A stretch of DNA of 64,000 bases from Phaeosaccion multiseriatum (Eukaryota > Protista > Ochrophyta, other classes): NCBI GenBank assembly GCA_965112735.1, contig OZ218951.1:2232001-2296000 (forward strand). The letters are read 5' to 3'. The stretch's first letter is position 1. Each line of letters opens with the position of its first letter. The translations under genes and the position numbers were made by a program. A model generated the notes under the pieces. It was given only the letters and a program-made list of their open reading frames with translations. It searched no databases and was not told the origin of the DNA. This document shows positions 37,104 to 49,705 of the stretch, piece after piece.

Positions 37104-37516
37104 AGTCAGTCCGTCAGTCAGTCGCCCCTCACCCCTCGCTCCTCGCTCACCTTGGGGGCAAGGGTAGTACAAGACGTCCAAATCAAGGATGTTGACCGCC
37201 TCCCTCACCTATTCGCACGGTAGAGAGCAGCAAGGGAGGGGACACCGGGTCGGGGGGGGGAGGGAGGCGTGCCATCAGTTGCCATTATTGTCGCGTCAGT
37301 ACGGGGGAAGGGGGAGAGGCGCAAAAGACTTGCTCGCTACTCAGAGACTCGTTTGCGTCCTTTCATCCTGTCCTTCTCCATGTTTTTGAGGCCTTTGAGG
37401 CTCACGACGATGAAGACAAGACTAAAGACTCTGCCCCGCCGCTCTCCTTAGGCGCTCGGACTGACCTTCCGACAGAAGGGGCAGCCTATGTGGTACGCAG
37501 CGCCGTGACGTGTGTG

Positions 37517-37591
<75 letters not shown>

Positions 37592-38824
37592 ATGTGTGTG
37601 TGTGTGCGTGTGTGTGTGTGTGCGTGTATGTGTATGTGTGTGTATGTGTGTGTGTGTGTGTGTGGAAAGGGTGAGCAGACGGGTGAGCAGACGGGATGGG
37701 GCGATGCACGACCGCAGGGGGTTGAGTTGAGGGATCAGGGAGCTGCAGGCAAGTGAAAGAGAGAGCAAGAAAAGCGAAACAGCGACAACGTCGAGAGAGA
37801 AGCGAACAAGATGGGGGTGGGGGGGGGCAAGGATGAGAGAGGGGAAAACACGAGGGCGGGGAAAGCACGCACACACACTCACGCACTCACCCACTCACGC
37901 ACTCACGCACACACCTTCAAACTCGTACAGCTCTATGGGCTTCTCTGGCTGGACCCGGTTCTGGATATCCTCCCCGGCCTTCTCTACTACCCTATATCCT
38001 CCGAAGCGGTACGGGGCGTCTGGGGAGGATGGGAGAAGGGCAGGGGGGGCGGGCTACGTTAGCGGGCGGCGCCACCAACCGATTGATTGGTCCCGAGGGA
38101 TAGTGTGGTCATGTTCCCTTTCAGTAGAGAGGAGAAGAGACGAGAAGAAGGGAGTTTTCTTACTCACAGTCGTCCATCGTCTCGGGTGTTTCCTTCTCGA
38201 GGCCGATTGACCAGCCCTGCACGAACCCACCCGACCCCAGCCGGGTGACGAGCTGAAAGGCCGATCCCAGCATATCCAGGCCCTGTAGTAGTATGGGGGA
38301 CGGGATCAGGAGTGGGTACATCGTTCGTTTTAACTATTAACAACACCCACGGAGGTGTCTTGGGGGGGGTGGAGGGTGGAGGGACGAAAGACGAAGGCTC
38401 GGGGGCTGTTCAGCTACCCTGCTGTGCTGCCTCGACTTCTCGTCGCTGATACCATTGCTTATGTTGATGGGTAGTTGAGTGGGTACGCCGCTCTGCTGCT
38501 ATGCTTTCTAATTCACTTCCTCTGATCTCCATTTCACCCCCCGAGAGGGTCTTTATTTCCTCAGCGATAGATCCGACACCAGTACGAAGCCTCCTTCACC
38601 TTATCAGATCTCACGAAGCCCTTTTTTGGTTCAGAGCCCAAGGCCATGCTCAGCCCTTTTCTCCCAGCTGGACTCTTTCCTCCTGATTGGGGTGCTGACG
38701 AGGCGAAGGTTCGCCCTCCCCTCTTCGAAATGCGAAGAATTGTGGCGGGGGCAAATGCGCGACTAAGGGGTGCCATGGATGCAACAATGATAATCACACT
38801 GATCAGGTGCAGCAGGTTGGTCAT
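35684..38824 (-). CDS. Plastid-targeted thioredoxin-fold protein with two GST N-terminal domains (GST2N type); exons 38824-38600, 38282-38168, 38019-37915, 37485-37466, 37208-37151, 36706-36622, 36364-36177, 35907-35684
   Basis: Signal peptide plus SRA-FAP plastid motif. Domain 1: PIELYEFEGCPFCRKVREAV..LDLDV..YPCP...FPYMVDPNTG..MYESDDIIKYL. Domain 2: PLELWGYEASPF.K.VRE.L.ELEIPH...PYLIDPNTG...ESAEIVDYL. Confidence 0.92.
36900..37123. repeat. (GTCA)n microsatellite within an intron
   Basis: Directly visible tetranucleotide array. Confidence 0.95.
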
Positions 38825-39082
38825 CGTGCGTGGGAGCGAAGTTTTTTTTTTTTGTCTTCTTCGTTCCAGGTGGCCATCCATCTGTGACTAGTGGATTCTA
38901 CATTGTGATCATCGCTCCATCGCTTCTCGGACAATCATAGAGGTAATATTACCTCTCTCTCGGGATGGGCCAGAGCGATAAACAACAAATAAAACTGCTC
39001 TCATAGCAGTCCCTAGCCATATGTCTCTCGGGCCCTGAGAGATAATATACAGAGCGCGCCAGGGAGGGGAGAGGGGAGAGAG

Positions 39083-39163
39083 ATGCAGGCAGGGTACGAC
39101 ACCCGGCGTTTTTACTACCCGAATGATCCTCCTCATCAACAGCAGCAGCATCACCAACAATGT

Positions 39164-39207
<44 letters not shown>

Positions 39208-42200
39208 ACAGCAGCATGCTTACTACCCGAATCCGCCGTACCCTCAACAGCAACCTTACTATCAGCAGCAGCCTTTCCCTCATCATCATCATCAGCAGCA
39301 GCAGCAGCCTTTCCCTCATCATCATCATCATCTGCAGCAGCAGCAACAGCAACAGAAGCAGCAGCAGCCTTATTACCCGAATATTAATCCTTTCCACCAT
39401 CAGCGGCAGCAGCAGTACTCATCGCCGCCGCTTCAGCAGCCACCGGACCAGCGACAGCTCTGGGGACAGCAGCAGCTGCGGCAGCAGGGAGAGGAGCGAG
39501 CCCGACCAATACACGACTTGCATGGTGTACCCCCGCGGTGGGGACACTCTTCGTACACGCTGCATCCTCCCCAACAGCAGCTACCGCACACTCTGCACCA
39601 CCCCCACCATCTGCAGTACCAGGAGCAGCAGCAGCAGAAACGAGGAGGACAGCAGCACCGACACCCCACGCCCTACCGGCAGCTGCCGCAGCGGAGCAAG
39701 ATGCCACATCAGGCGGAGCAGCAGCAGCAGCAGCAGCAGCGGCGGCGGTGGCAGAACTCTCTAGAGGGTGTGTCGACTCGGAAAAGCGAGCCAACACGGC
39801 CGCCCTTTCCAGGAGGAGGGGGCTTTTATCTACAGGTGAGAAGACTCCCGAGGCAGACAAGCCCACATCGTGGTTTATAAAGCGTTCGGGGGAGTCCTCC
39901 CCCCCCTTCATTGAGGGGCGGCCGAATTGAGACAGACAGCGGTGTGGGCCGTCCGCACTCTGTAGACGACACGTGACCGACCCTGGCTCGTGCCCTCCTT
40001 GCTGCGCTCATTATTATCTCAAGAAGTAAGCTACTACCTTCTTTGCTCACTTTGTTTCCGCTCTTTTCTCTCCCCGCCTCCTCATCTTGTGCAACACACA
40101 CAGCTCCTGTGGAGGCTGGTCGCTTGGGAGCCCTGCTATGCGTCTCCCCATCCCTCCCCACTTTCCCTTTCATCGTGCTCCTCCTCCTTCTCCTGCTCCT
40201 GCCTCGCCGCAGTGCCACAGGAGGGCAAGCAGGGGTCTGATGGGCAGCTTGAAGGCTCGATGCAGAGCTGCCCCCTGGGGGACATTTCAGAAGTGCGGTG
40301 CCCAGCTCCGGCGGCAGCCGCAGCCCGTGTCAGCAGCCTCGCTTCCCACGATGGTTTCTGTAACTGTATGATGGACGAAGGAGGAGGAAGAGATGAGGCC
40401 GACGCTGCTAACAATACTGCTGCTGCTGGGGTAGCGACTGAAAATGGCGGGAAAAGGGGAAGCGGTGGCGGCGGCGGCGGAGTAGGAGGGGCAGGGGAGA
40501 AAGGAGATGAAATGGGCGATGGAAAGAGAAGGAAGGTTGGTAGTGAGGGGCTCAGTACAGGGGGCACCGGCGGGGACTTGAAGGATGGTTCGAGTGCAAC
40601 CAACAGCTGCACCGGCGCGGGTGCAGTCGACGTCGGCAAAGGGAAGAAGAAGAAGAGTAAGAAGAAGAAAAAGGCCCGGCCAGCAGTGCCGGTGTGCTAC
40701 ATTTCAGGCGGCGACATCAGCAGCAACAAGAGGGAGCGTTTTATGGAAGGAGAGAATGGGCCACCACCACCACCACCACCACCACCACCACAACCCCCCG
40801 CCACCGTACCACCAACTGCCGTAGTAGCCTTGGAAGACACGTCTCCGCAGCAGCTACTGGGGCTACTGGGCTGCAGTGCGGTGCAGGCCACGCCGAGAAG
40901 GGTGCAGATCTGCTCCTCCCTCGCTCTCCTCGTGGGGGCGGGCGCAGGAGCAGGGACAGGGACATCGATATCGACGTCACAGGCTGGCGGAGTAGCACCA
41001 GCACCTGTAGGATCGGAGGCACCACACGGCTTGGGGTCAGCAGGCTCCTTGTCCACCGCACGAGCGAAGAGAAGTTTGGCTTGTTTTGTTTGCTGGGTCG
41101 TGAGCTTCCCTGGGGGAGGGGGGGGGTTCATTGCCATTGAGCTTCCCAAGGACCAGGAGGAGCAGAAGGGGCAGGAGGACAAGTTGATGCAGCAGGAGAA
41201 GCAGGAGAAGAAGGAGAAGGAGAAAGGGGAGGAAGAGGAGGAGCAGCAGCAGCAGCAGCAGGAGGAGGAGGAGGAGGAGGAGGAGGAGGAGGAGGGGGAG
41301 GAGGAGGAGGAGGAGGAGGAGGAGGAGGAGGAGGAGGAGGGGGAGGAGGAGGAGGAGAGGGTCAAGTGCCACTGCAAGCGCGCGCTCCCGAAGCAATTTG
41401 GGGGCAGCAGCGCGCCCCCAAACAATACCCCAAGTGACAAATCGGTATGCTGCTCCTCCTCCTCGACTCCGGGGACGACGGGGACGAGAGGGTTGAACTG
41501 TCCAGTGCCCACAGCCTCGTGCAGAGGAGGGAGGGGGGGTGTGGCGTACAAGTATCTGCTTTGTACGCAGAAGATGTTGTGGAATATTCTGGAGCACCTA
41601 GCCATTCCACGGTGGGTGTGTCTGGGCAGAGAGCGAGGCCTGCTGACGCTGTGCCGGCGACAAGAGGGTATGAGTCGCCAGCGAAGGAAAAAGGACAAGG
41701 GCGCGAGCAGCAAGGCGACCCAGGAGGGGCAGTTGGTGGTACAGCAGCAGCAGCAATTGGATGATGCAAACCAGTCTGTTGTTGGGACGACCGACGGTAC
41801 AGATCTGGAAGGGGTGCAAGCCCGGGAGGAAGAGGACCAGGAGGAGGAGGAGGAGGAGGAGGAGGAGGAGGAGGAGGAGGAGGAGGAGAGTGAAGAATCG
41901 AGGTATGTCTCAGACGTAGTGCGGTTATTGAATGATGTGAGGGTGACGAGTTGGTTCTCCAAGGGTATCCCGATGGGCATGTACGCGGAGGACTACCTCA
42001 TTTGGCGAGGAAGTGGGAGACAAGGAAGCATAGGAGAGGGGGGAGGAGACGGAGCAGGCAGAGCAGGAGGAGGAGCAGGAGGAGGAGCAGGAGGAGGAGG
42101 GGTATATATGATGGGGGAAGGAAGGTCGAGCGCCCCTAGAAGGGAAGTGAAGACCGTCCAGGCTCCCCCCTCGGGCAGCAGCAGCCCCAGGCCCAGCCTG

Positions 42201-43399
42201 AGCCTCTCCAGCCCCCTGTTCGAGAGGGCGTTCTACAAGTCATCGGGCATGCTGCCGCTGCGCTGGGGGCCTCCGACAAGGGGGGGGGCGGGGAGGGGCA
42301 TGGATGGCAATAGCAGCAGGCATACGGGCAGCAGCAGCAGTGGCAGTAGCAGCAGTGGCAGGAGCAATCGCAGCGTCAAGGTGAGCGGTGATAACAGTGA
42401 CCAAGCCTCCAATGGCGGAGGAGGAAAGGCGAGCGGTACTAGCAGCGGCAAGAGGGTGGAGGGAATGAGGAGGAGGAGACTGGAGGTGTTACTGGGGTAC
42501 GAAGTGCGCGAGGGGCGGCTTGAACTCAACTACTTGGGGGGCAAGAGGGAGGAGTTCGATCGGACGCCGGAGGAGACGGCGTGGAGGGAGTTTTGGGAAG
42601 AAAGTGGGTACCTTCTGGGGGGGGGAGACTATCAGCAGATGCAGCAGGCCATGCTCTCGGGGACAGGGGGAGGAGGAGGAGGAGGAGGAGGAGGAGGAGG
42701 AGGAGGAGGAGGAGGAGGAGGAGGAGGAGGAGGAGGAGGAGGAGGAGGAGGAGGAGGAGGAGGCGAGGAAGGGTGTGGGTGTGCCGCAGTGTGGGTGAAG
42801 CAGGCCAAGAGCTTCCTGTGGGTTGTGGCGGCCTCCAAGGGTATGCACGACCTACCCAGACGGTACCAGTTCGATGCGGCGTGCGACAGGAGCGAGACCA
42901 CCGTGCGATCACTGCATTGGGTGCCTCTGGGGGACCTCCTCAGGGCGTGTCGGGCACAGGGCGGGGGCAGGCAATTTGGAGGCGCCAAGGCAAGTGGAGG
43001 AGGAGGAGAAGGCAGGGGGCATCGGCATCGGCAGCGGCAGCGCGTTGTCCATGTCGGTGGCAGGGGGGCATCGGAGAGCTTGGTCGTGTCAGATATGCTT
43101 GTGGCGAGTGTCAAGGCCAAGCCGATGCTGCCGCTCATGGACGCCCTGGAGCGAGCGGACGGAGGGTGGACAGAGCAGCGCGGAGGATCAGGAAGAGAAG
43201 GAGCAGGAAGAGAAGGAGAAGGAGAAAGGGGGGGAGGAGGAGGAGAAGAAGAAGAAGAAGAAGAAGAAGGAGGAGGAGGAGGAGGATCAGGATCAGGATC
43301 AGTAGGAGGAGGAGGAGGATCAGGAGGAGCAGGAGGAGGAGGAGGAGCAGCAGGGGGAGCAGCAGGAGGAGGAGCAGCAGCAGCAGGAGGAGGAGGAGG

Positions 43400-43430
<31 letters not shown>

Positions 43431-43832
43431 GCTACGGATGCAGTAGGAGACGAGGACGTGCGGCCTCTCTCTGCCGGCACTTCCAGTCCCGCGGATAGGG
43501 ATAGGACTACTACTACTGGTACTGGCACTTCCAGTCCCGCGGATAGGGATAGGACTACTACTACTGGTACTGGCACTTCCAGTCCCGCGGATAGGGATAG
43601 GACTACTACTACTGGTACTGGCACTGCTACCGCTACTGCTACTTCTGCTACCATTCGTACTTCGACGCGTGCCAGTGAGGAGGGCTCCAGCGGCCGCCAA
43701 CAAGACCCGGCCTCTAACTCCAACTCTGGGGCGCATCAGGTGGAGCGTCAACTTCGATCGTCGATACCCACGGGGCAGGGAGACGCTGCGGCAGCCGTGC
43801 AGGGGCTGCTGGAGAGGCTGGCGCTCTGCTAA
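39083..43832 (+). CDS. Large low-complexity protein with Q/H/Y/P-rich N-terminus and a C-terminal Nudix hydrolase domain; probable exons 39083-39835, 39966-40025, ~40104-43832
   Basis: Nudix box LGGKREEFDRTPEETAWREFWEESG (~42534-42608), preceded by SGMLP and EVLLGYE strands and followed by E..SLHWVPL.DLL. The upstream exon junctions are less certain. Confidence 0.7.
43475..43625 (+). repeat. Coding 48-bp tandem repeat (GTSSPADRDRTTTTGT x~3)
   Basis: Visible in both the DNA and the translation of the 39990-43832 ORF. Confidence 0.85.
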
Positions 43833-43838
43833 CACTGA

Positions 43839-43916
43839 CTCGACCCCTGACGACGCACTGTCGCCCACATTCTCGATGGCGGATAGCGGATAGCGGATAG
43901 TGCGTCAGGGGTCGAC
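43839..43916. mobile_element. Short internally deleted copy of the same MITE family
   Basis: TCGACCCCTGACG...CGTCAGGGGTCGA inverted ends, with the same TCGCCCAC.TTCTCGAT and GATAGCG internal motifs. Confidence 0.7.
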
Positions 43917-44025
43917 AACTGATTGCTGAAGACTGAAATCGAGGGAGCGACGAGAGTCTCAGAGTCGAGCGAGGCAGCTTCCTTCCAAGTACAGCAATTC
44001 GATACCATTGTGCATTGAGGTTATA

Positions 44026-44285
44026 TACTCGACCCCTGACACGCTATCGCCCACTTTCTCGATAGCGCGCTATCGCGCTATCGGCCGCCGGCCGATAGCG
44101 GATAGCGCGCCGGCTGACGCCGGCGATAGCGGATAGTGGATCGGCTGGCGCCGGCGACAGCGGATGGCACGCCCCCACAACCCCCCCCCCCCCCCCCCAA
44201 GCCGGCTGGCGCCGGCGATAGCGGATAGCGCACCGGCTGGCGCCGGCCGATAGCGGATAGCGGATAGCGTGTCAGGGGTCGAATA
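44026..44285. mobile_element. MITE-like non-autonomous DNA transposon with terminal inverted repeats and TA flanks (Tc1/mariner-like)
   Basis: Left end TA-TACTCGACCCCTGACACGCTATC and right end GATAGCGTGTCAGGGGTCGAATA-TA. The interior has multiple GATAGCG and CCGGCTGGCGCCGG repeats. Confidence 0.8.
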
Positions 44286-44630
44286 TACGCGGAGGCAGAA
44301 AAAAGAAAGGAGGAAAAGGGCGAAATTGACCCTGAAGTTTCAATTTGCTCGCCCCCCTCATCCCTCCTGTTTCTCCCTCCTAACTTCATTTCCAAACCCC
44401 GCCAGGCCCATATCCGTGCCCTCAACACAAACAGCATTGGTAGTTAAAGGCAGAGAGAGAGAGTTGGAGAGACAAGAGATGAGAGCGGGCTTGTAGTGAA
44501 ATGAAAGTGAGGAGGGAGGAGAGGAATTGACTGGGAGAAATCGAAAGAGCCAAAAACTAGTAGGGAGGGCTCCAAGGCTCGAGGGCTCCTCCTTCCTTTT
44601 TCCCAACATCTCCTCCTCCCCGCAGAGGGT

Positions 44631-45585
44631 ATGGAGGAGGGAAGGGGCTTCGGCTCCAGAGGAGATAACTTCCCTCAGAGGGTTCTGTCAAAGTTATGGG
44701 GGACGCAGCCGGAGCAGGAGCAGCAGGAGCGTCGGCAGGAGCAGCAACAGCGCCTTGAGGATGATCAGCGGCATCAGCAACAGCAGCAGCAATATGGGGA
44801 TTATGAACAACCCCATAGTGCTGCACTTCAGCGGCAGTACTACGGGGCTCCGGGGACGCACTCGCTCGGGGGCGACTCGAGAGAAGGCCCCGCCAACGAC
44901 AACTATCCCCCACAGCAGCAGCAGCAGCGGCAACGGCAGCAGCCGAAGCAGAAGGAGATGGATCAGCAGTACGCGGAAGTTAGCGACCATGACGACCCAC
45001 CTCAGCTCGACCAGCTGCCTCAGCGGAGGGGGGCAAGGGGGGCTGTGCGGGGGAGAGAGGGCGAGAGAAGCAAGAGCAACGGTAGAAGCAAGAGCAGTAG
45101 CAGTAGCAGAACCAACGTTGAGGTGAGTGACCTCGAGGAGATTGAAGCGATGGGGGTGGAGCTGCCCCCGGGAGTCAAGGTGCTTCAGCCCCGAAAGCGC
45201 AAGGCGCAGAAGCGTTGCATCAAGAAGGCTTGGACGATCGAGGAAGATGACACTCTCATCCAGCTGGTGGCAGTGCATGGCGTCAACAGTTGGTCCACCG
45301 TCGGCGAGTCGATGGACAGTCGTTCGGGCAAGCAGTGCCGCGAGCGGTACAACAACCACCTCGACCCGAGCATCAAGAAGGGGCAGTGGACGAGGGAGGA
45401 AGACGATCTCATTCGAACCATGCAGGAGAAGCTCGGAAATCAGTGGGCCTTGATCACCAAAGCGCTGCCGGGGCGAACAGATGGATCTGTGAAAAACAGG
45501 TATGGTGCGAAATCGGCGGCACTGTTCAGCTGAACCTCCTTCCTGCTGGCGCCTCATCCGCGATGTCCGTCTTTCTCTTTCTCTG

Positions 45586-45621
<36 letters not shown>

Positions 45622-47416
45622 AATGGCATGACTGCACTGTTGTGCAGGTACCACACGGCCATTCGCCCAGCGCAAGCCAAAGCCCTTGGAGCTTCCGCAA
45701 AAAGTAAGGGAGGAGCAGCAGGAAATAGTAATACCAAGCTGTCGCCCCTTTCAGCGACGGCGCAGGCAGGGGATGGGGCAGCGGGACCACGGCAAGGAGG
45801 AGAAAGGGACGGGGAGAGCGAGGGGGCCGGGGTGGAGAGGAGGAGTCGTATGACTTCTGCCGCCGCGTACTCGCCCAGCCCCTTCGCGGCTGCCGGTGCA
45901 GCAGCAGCAGCAGCAGGAGCAGCTGGCGCGACGCGGAGTGGTACAGAAGCAGAAGGAGGACTGGAGGGGGGGCGGAGAGATGGAGGAGGACGACGTGGAG
46001 GCGACACCAGTTCACATTCCCGCAACCCCTGGGGAGGGGCTATGGGAGGGGGGGGGGGGGGGCTTTCGGGGGTGGGAAGAGGGGGGCCGTCGATGGACTA
46101 CTTTGGGGAAGGAGGGCAGTTGCCACTCGTGGGTAGCGCACCCGTGGCTTCAGCTCCTTCTCCTCGTGATCCTCCTCCTGTGCGACGGGGCAGTCTAGGA
46201 GGAGGTGTCGACAGCTCGGCCGGACATCTGGCAGGAGGAGAAGCGGCTGCTCTGGCTCCGATAGCAACAGCAGGGGTGGGGGTGGGAGGTGCAGCGTACG
46301 GCCCAGGCGTAGGCATGAAGCGAATGAGAAGCATGAGTGGCGACGGATTGGCCGACCTCCGGGCAAAGGCGAGTCGACTGGGCGGGCTTGTGAACCTCCC
46401 CCACGACATGTATATTATGGGAGAGGCGCCGGGCCAGGGGCACTTTTCGTCCGAGGAGGCAGGCTTGCTTGCTTCCGAGGCGCCTCATATGCGAGGGCTT
46501 ATGCGTAGTCAGACCTCCATCCTGTTTGAGACAGTGGATAGGGTTCTGGGGGAGGATGATGACGACCTTGATGTTCGAGAGGGTGACCACCGCGACGCTT
46601 CCGCCGCCGACGTTGTGGCAGGGGGTTGGCCAGCAGGAGGAGGAGGGGGAGGGGGAGGGGGAGTGGGAGGAGGACGGGGGGGAGGAGAAGGGGGAGGAGG
46701 AGGAGGAGGAGGAGAGCAAGGAGGGGATGGGGGGGGCGATTTGATGTGCCCCGAGGACGGGGAACAGGGTGGCGGACACGGGAGCGGCCTTCCCGATGGG
46801 GCGGTCGGCATCGGCCAAAGGAGAGGCAGCAGCACTCTCAGCAGGAACCTGAGCACGGGCAGCACGGGCAATCGGGTGACGGGCTGGCAACGGCTCCAGA
46901 GCTCGGGCGTGGCTCCGTGTCTGCCGAATTTGGAAATGGCGCTGCTTACCTCCACCTCTTCCAAGACCTTCTCCCCCAGTAACCAGGCTCTTACTCCGAG
47001 ACAAGGCGGAGGAGGAGGAGGAGGAGGAGGGGGGGGGGGGGGAGGGCGACAGTGGTCCTGATCGCCGCGACTCGGTGCTCTTCAGCGCGAGTCGGGCTCT
47101 CAGCGCTCTGAGCGCTCTCGGCGGCAGTGGAAGCCTCAACCCTCACATCTCCATCCCTTCACAGCTGTCGTCGTCCAATCGCCAGCGCAGCGGAAGGGCG
47201 CAAGCAGAGGATTTGATGTTGTTGTATGACATGGCTGAATCGCCGGAGAATGCAGCCAAGCTCAACAAAAGGCGGCGCTTCTCTGTTACACTGGACGAGG
47301 CGAGGCAGAGCGTGGAGTGGGCCAATGGCGTGGGGCTACCGCAGGAGGAGGTGGGGGAGGGGGAGGACAGCTTGCTGGCGGCAGGGATGGGGGACATGAT
47401 GATGTCTGAGTGGTGA
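44631..47416 (+). CDS. R2R3-MYB transcription factor; exons 44631-45499, 45648-47416 (apparent frameshift in the G-run at ~47030-47042)
   Basis: KKAWTIEEDDTL...W...SGKQCRERYNNHLDPSIKKGQWTREED..I...Q.KLGNQWA.I...LPGRTD.SVKNRY. A phase-2 intron splits the final Arg. A coding-like frame continues past the G-run to 47416. Confidence 0.88.
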
Positions 47417-48064
47417 GGGGGGGTGAAGGCAAGTGGTACCAAAAGGGAGGGGGGGAGTCATTCGTTTCGCATCATCGTCATCATCGGCAGCATCAGCATT
47501 TATCACGAAATCAGCGGTGCAATCTTCAGCATCAGCCTTTTGTAAATCGACGGAGCGAGACCGGGGCGGAGGCAGCAGCTCCTCGGCAGCGCTAGTCGGG
47601 CATCGTGTAGGAAAGAGATTTTCACTCTTGAGGTACAAGCAAATAGAGAGAAGGATATTGTTCACATTCTCGATAGCCTGTGGGTCCATAATATACAATT
47701 GTAGCAGATAGCACGCCGGCTGGCGCATTGTCATCGATTGTGAAGTAGGCGAAGACCGGCAGTTGCAGTTTCAGTTGGAGTTGCCAATCTCGGACCTTCC
47801 TTCTCCCTCTTTCCTCTTTGCCTCTCTCTCTCTCTCTGTGCGTGCTGCTTGTTGTTGGAGGGGAAAGATAGAAAGGCCTTGCCTGGTTATCGTTAGGATT
47901 GCTGCTTTAGTGGAAGCAGCGCTGGCAACGTCGCTGCCCAGAGAAGACATTTGGAAGAGAAGAGTAGTTTGCATTTCCTCCCCCTCCCGCCCCGTTCTTC
48001 GCCGCTCCTCCCCTGCCCCTTCTCCACCTCCGCCAGCAGGACAGATGATGCCCCGAGTGTAAGC

Positions 48065-49674
48065 ATGGAGGGGCCTTCAGCGTCTGATCTTTCAACCGCT
48101 CTACGTACTGGGCCGTCCTCTGAGGAGTACGAAGCGAATGACGCTTCGGACGCTGCTGCTAAGGCTGGCGGTGGCAAGAAGTATGGACCAGTGAGGGTGA
48201 ATACCAGGTGAGACCAACGTACTATTCTCCGCTTTCCCTTTCTCTCGGAAGGGACTTCCGCTTCGCCCTCCATGCACTGAAGTGGGAGGAATCGGATCAA
48301 GAACGACGCCTCTCTTCTCTTGCACCCTCGACGCCGAAGAGCCGTTCCAAAATTACTGCTTAACATCTCGTTCGACTCATCCTAGCTTCCTGCACCCCTG
48401 CCCCCTTTTGAACAACCATTGCGCCTCTCATTTCTCCTTCTCTTGGGTCATGGACTGTTAAGGTGCCGGAAGAACGAGGGGGATGGGAACCCCTCGGCGC
48501 TCTGGCGGCACCCCTCGTACATCCCCTCTTTTAGGAACAGCCAGGGAGAGGGGCCCACGGTGAATCCCTTTGTCAACAGCACCATGACCACTCCCTGGCA
48601 TCAGGTGGGTGGGCATGATGGGAGGAGAGCAGAGGGGAGAGAGAGGGAGAGACATCGCTGACTGCTTCCCTAAAGGGTACAGGCGTAAGCTCTAATACAC
48701 GGGGAGAAGAGCGGAAGAGGGGAAAGGAGGAGAGAATGCGAAATTGCTGACTTCTGCCCCCATCGAATCAGTTGACGATATCGAGGGAGGGGGAGGAGAG
48801 AGCGAGGGGGAGGAGGGAGAGAGACCTGGCGAGAGAGAGAGAGAGTCAGAATGCGTCTGTCGTCTGAGAGGGAGAGAGAGAGGTTACGTCCCTCTTCCTC
48901 TCCCGATCCAACTACGGCCTTGAACCGGTCACGTGTCATCTGACTTTTGCTCTGCTTCCCTCACTCTCCCCTTCCCCCTTCCCTTCCCTCCCTCGTGCCC
49001 TGCCCCTCCTCAGCTGATTAAAATGATTGCGTTTGGGGCTGTACTCGTCCCCATTCGTGCCGTGTTGACCATCGTTGCGGTCCTCTGGATGTGGATCTTT
49101 AGCTCCATCGCTCTCTTCAACTTGTCAGGTAGATGCAAGGTGAAGGTGAAGGTTCCGTGGGGTGGGGTGGAGGTGGGGGTGGGCTGGTTCTTCATTCCCC
49201 GAGACCCTTTCTTCCTCTCTCTTTCTCACTCTCCCTTTCTCTCTTTCTCTCCGCCTCCTTCCCTCTCCCTCCCCCCCCCCCACTCTCTCCCTGGCCCCCA
49301 CTCTCTCCCTGGCCCCCACTCTCTCCCTCCCCATCTCCCTCTCCCTCCCTCCCCCTCCCCCTCTCCCTCCCTCCCTCCCTCCCTCCCTCCCTCTTATCTC
49401 TCTCATGTGCGTAGCGGAGGATGAGCGTGAGCCGTGGCCGAAATGGCGGTGTCTGATGCGCCACCCTGTGGCCTGGGGGGTGCGCTTTCAGCTCTTTTGC
49501 TTCGGCTTCATCTGGATCAAGGAGCAGGGAAGGTGAGAAGGAAAGGAGGGAGGAAGGGAGGGAGGAAGGGAGGGAGGGAGGGAGGCAGGGAGGCAGGGGG
49601 TAAGACTTGTTCCCCTCCCCCAGCGGGGTGTGAAGTAGGGGGTGGGGGCACTGGAGGGCGATGGGGAACAGACT

Positions 49675-49705
<31 letters not shown>

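Noticed and set aside
40136-43868. Long antisense ORFs opposite the Nudix, RGS and helicase genes
   Set aside because: Shadow ORFs caused by high GC and triplet repeats opposite real coding sequence.
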